Below are positions 34,047 to 36,285 of a stretch of DNA of 36,285 bases, piece by piece; positions within the stretch are counted from its first letter, which is position 1; each line of letters starts with the position of its first letter. This stretch comes from Ferruginibacter sp. (GTDB lineage Bacteria > Bacteroidota > Bacteroidia > Chitinophagales > Chitinophagaceae). The stretch is from the NCBI GenBank assembly GCA_043733065.1, contig JAYTGY010000192.1:1-36285 (forward strand), given 5' to 3'. The notes under the pieces are model-generated. The model was given only the letters and a program-made list of their open reading frames with translations. It made no database searches and was not told where the DNA came from. The position numbers and the translations under genes are program-made.

Positions 34047-35119
34047 AAAATATTGCCTCAACTTATTCATTTTTTTCTAGTGTAGGCAAGTATCGGTTAC
34101 GTACCATTTTGTATATTGCTATTTTTTGGACCTCAATCGATATCATCGTTACCTTCTTCTTAAATGAAGGCAAAACTGCAAGTCCCTTTAAATCGATGTT
34201 ATTAAGAGAAGTGGCTGTTTTTATTATGAGTAGCATCATGGGGTATTTATTTGTTTTTACTTTAAGAAATTTATTTCGCAATAAATCTGCCTTTGTAAAT
34301 TTTATAATAAAAACAATCATTTTATTATTTGCAGCATTTGCAATGAATTTTCTTATTCATTTTATTGATACGGTATTTGTATTAGGTAAAACCCCACAGC
34401 ATGCATTACAACTATTTTTTGAAGATAAATTACAAAGCAAATGGCTTATAAAAAAAATATTATACTGGCTTGTTTTGTTTGTAACAACACAGCTTTATAT
34501 AGAAATTAATGAAAAATATTCGCCTGGCGTTTTTCTTGATATTATTTTAGGTAAGTACTTGCAGCCAAAAGTAGAAAAGCGCATTATTATGTTTATAGAC
34601 CTTATAGACTCTACTCCCATTGCCGAAAAACTTGGGCATATAGAAAACTTTAAGTTTATTAGAAATTTCATTTTTCATGTTTCCATGGCTATTATAGAAA
34701 ACGATGGAAGAATATACCAATATGTAGGAGATGAAATTGTAGTATCTTGGTTATACGAAAAAAAAAATACAAAAAAATGTATGGCTTCCATTGTTGAGGC
34801 TAGAAAAAACATTCAAAAAAATAAGCAATATTTTAAACGAAACTATGGAATGTTACCCGAATTTAGAGTTGGCATACACATGGGGGAAGTAACAGTAGGA
34901 GAAATTGGCGTAATAAAAAAAGACCTTGCCATGAGTGGCGACACTATGAATACTACTGCAAGAATTAGAAGCGCTTGCAACGAGTTAAATCATAAATATA
35001 TTATGTCTAAAGATTTTGTAGATGGCAGTGATTTAAAAGAGTGGCAGGGCGAAAGCCTTGGTATTATTGACTTGAAAGGTAAAGCAGAAGGTATTGAATT
35101 ATTCTCTCTTAATATATAA
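34043..35119 (+). CDS. Membrane-anchored class III nucleotidyl cyclase
   Basis: About four TM segments; MFIDLIDST, YVGDE, RVGIHMGEV, SGDTMNTTARI, LKGK; overlaps the ppk1 stop by 4 bp. Confidence 0.9.
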   Translation: MKNIASTYSFFSSVGKYRLRTILYIAIFWTSIDIIVTFFLNEGKTASPFKSMLLREVAVFIMSSIMGYLFVFTLRNLFRNKSAFVNFIIKTIILLFAAFAMNFLIHFIDTVFVLGKTPQHALQLFFEDKLQSKWLIKKILYWLVLFVTTQLYIEINEKYSPGVFLDIILGKYLQPKVEKRIIMFIDLIDSTPIAEKLGHIENFKFIRNFIFHVSMAIIENDGRIYQYVGDEIVVSWLYEKKNTKKCMASIVEARKNIQKNKQYFKRNYGMLPEFRVGIHMGEVTVGEIGVIKKDLAMSGDTMNTTARIRSACNELNHKYIMSKDFVDGSDLKEWQGESLGIIDLKGKAEGIELFSLNI

Positions 35120-35142
35120 ATTCAATAGCATTTACAGAATAC

Positions 35143-35835
35143 ATGAATGAAAAACTACCATACAAAATTAATACGGATGCAAACATTAAATTGTATCCAA
35201 ATAAAAAAGGTAATTTATTTGTTTTTGCTTTTTTTATTTCACTAATAACTTTAATCGTTATTATATATCAAGTTTTTTATAAAAAAAACAATACTTTTGA
35301 CAACTATATTTTTAATGAAATAAAGTATTACATTACAAATACTAGAACTGAAATAATTAAATTTTTTACTATTTTAGGGTCTCATAATTTTTTAATACCT
35401 GCTTGGTTTGTATTAGTTTTTCTTTATTATTTTTTACATAAAGAAAAAATAGAGGCAGCAAAAATTTTAGGTATAGGCTTGTTTAATTTGATATTAATGT
35501 TTACGCTAAAATATTTATTTCATAGGCAACGCCCAACTATCCCGCTTCTCAGCGAAGCATCTGGTTTAAGTTTTCCAAGTGGCCATGCATTTATGGGGTT
35601 TACTTTTTTTTCAATAATTATTTATTTTATATACAGGTATATTAAAAATATTTTTATTAAATATGCAATTATACTATTATTAATATTTATAATAATTATG
35701 ATTGGTTTTAGCAGAATTTATTTAGGGTTGCATTATACAACTGATGTAATAGCAGGATATTGTTTTGGAGTATTATCTTTCTTGTTTTTTTATTATATAC
35801 AAAACATACTACATTCAAAAATAAATAGACCGTAA
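35143..35835 (+). CDS. PAP2-family membrane phosphatase
   Basis: KYLFHRQRP, FPSGH, SRIYLGLHYTTDV. Confidence 0.92.
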   Translation: MNEKLPYKINTDANIKLYPNKKGNLFVFAFFISLITLIVIIYQVFYKKNNTFDNYIFNEIKYYITNTRTEIIKFFTILGSHNFLIPAWFVLVFLYYFLHKEKIEAAKILGIGLFNLILMFTLKYLFHRQRPTIPLLSEASGLSFPSGHAFMGFTFFSIIIYFIYRYIKNIFIKYAIILLLIFIIIMIGFSRIYLGLHYTTDVIAGYCFGVLSFLFFYYIQNILHSKINRP

Positions 35836-35850
35836 CAAATCTTAGCATTT

Positions 35851-36285
35851 TTATTTTTTCTTTCTTATAGGAGTATAAAACTTTAATGCCGCAGGCATAT
35901 TGGCCCTTATATTGGCCATTCTAGTAGCATCCGATGGATGACTGCTTAAAAACTCAGGAGGCTTTGCGCCACCTGCATTTGACATTCTTTCCCAAAACGG
36001 AATTGCTTCTTGTGGGTTATAACCTGCCATAGCAGCAAAATATAATCCATATTTATCTGCCTCTGTTTCTGATTTTCTAGAGAATGGCAGTGTGCCTCCA
36101 ACTGTGCTACCAATGCCATATGCTGTGTTAAACAAATTTTGTGTTTGCATAGGTTTATTTGCTAATGCTACTTGCAATACAGTACCACCAAGTTGTTGCA
36201 ACAGGCCTTGGCTCATTCTTTCGCTACCATGTTGTGCTACAGCATGTGTAATTTCATGACCTAATACAATAGCAAGCGCTGCTTC
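35851..36285 (-). CDS. M48-family zinc metallopeptidase (5' part outside the window)
   Basis: Frame open to the window end: LAIVLGHEITHAVAQH (HExxH), FSRKSETEAD, AGYNP, FLSSHPSDATR. Confidence 0.92.
   Translation of the reverse strand, partial: EAALAIVLGHEITHAVAQHGSERMSQGLLQQLGGTVLQVALANKPMQTQNLFNTAYGIGSTVGGTLPFSRKSETEADKYGLYFAAMAGYNPQEAIPFWERMSNAGGAKPPEFLSSHPSDATRMANIRANMPAALKFYTPIRKKK

Noticed and set aside
30757-35119. Calling a canonical Pycsar anti-phage system
   Set aside because: The effector is HD-fused, the cyclase is membrane-anchored and separated from it by ppk1, and no defence-island or mobility genes are present; kept only as a Pycsar-like hypothesis
1-36285. Mobile genomic island, prophage, tRNA or rRNA
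   Set aside because: No integrase, transposase, phage gene, att-like repeat or structural RNA was recognised in the window

Overview
AT-rich Bacteroidota DNA: it has a T9SS C-terminal sorting domain and TAnnTTTG-like promoters, and Chitinophagaceae is a guess. It contains about 38 genes, nearly all on the + strand. In order: a Mla/MCE ABC operon; a dense cluster of general-stress-type genes (DUF892/YciF, SDR, FMN reductase, CurA-like reductase, DJ-1/PfpI, NnrD, USP, CsbD, PA2169, TspO, YihY, Fet4-like permease, AI-2E); a copper-binding trio; two paralogous AraC regulators next to a soluble hybrid histidine kinase with 63-bp tandem repeats and a single-domain response regulator; and a tightly packed run of SdiA-regulated lipoprotein, phosphoesterase/kinase-like/Omp85 protein, HD-Pycsar-effector fusion, ppk1, class III cyclase and PAP2. 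The strongest unexplained signal is a 36-bp motif, TGTGAATnnTRYAAY-N12-TTRTRTAAY (a direct repeat with a 21-bp period). It occurs 11 times in intergenic or gene-leading positions, always 56-57 bp upstream of a degenerate Bacteroidota -7 box. This suggests an AraC-activated general stress regulon whose regulators sit inside the cluster. All family calls come from reading motifs by eye; no database searches were run.
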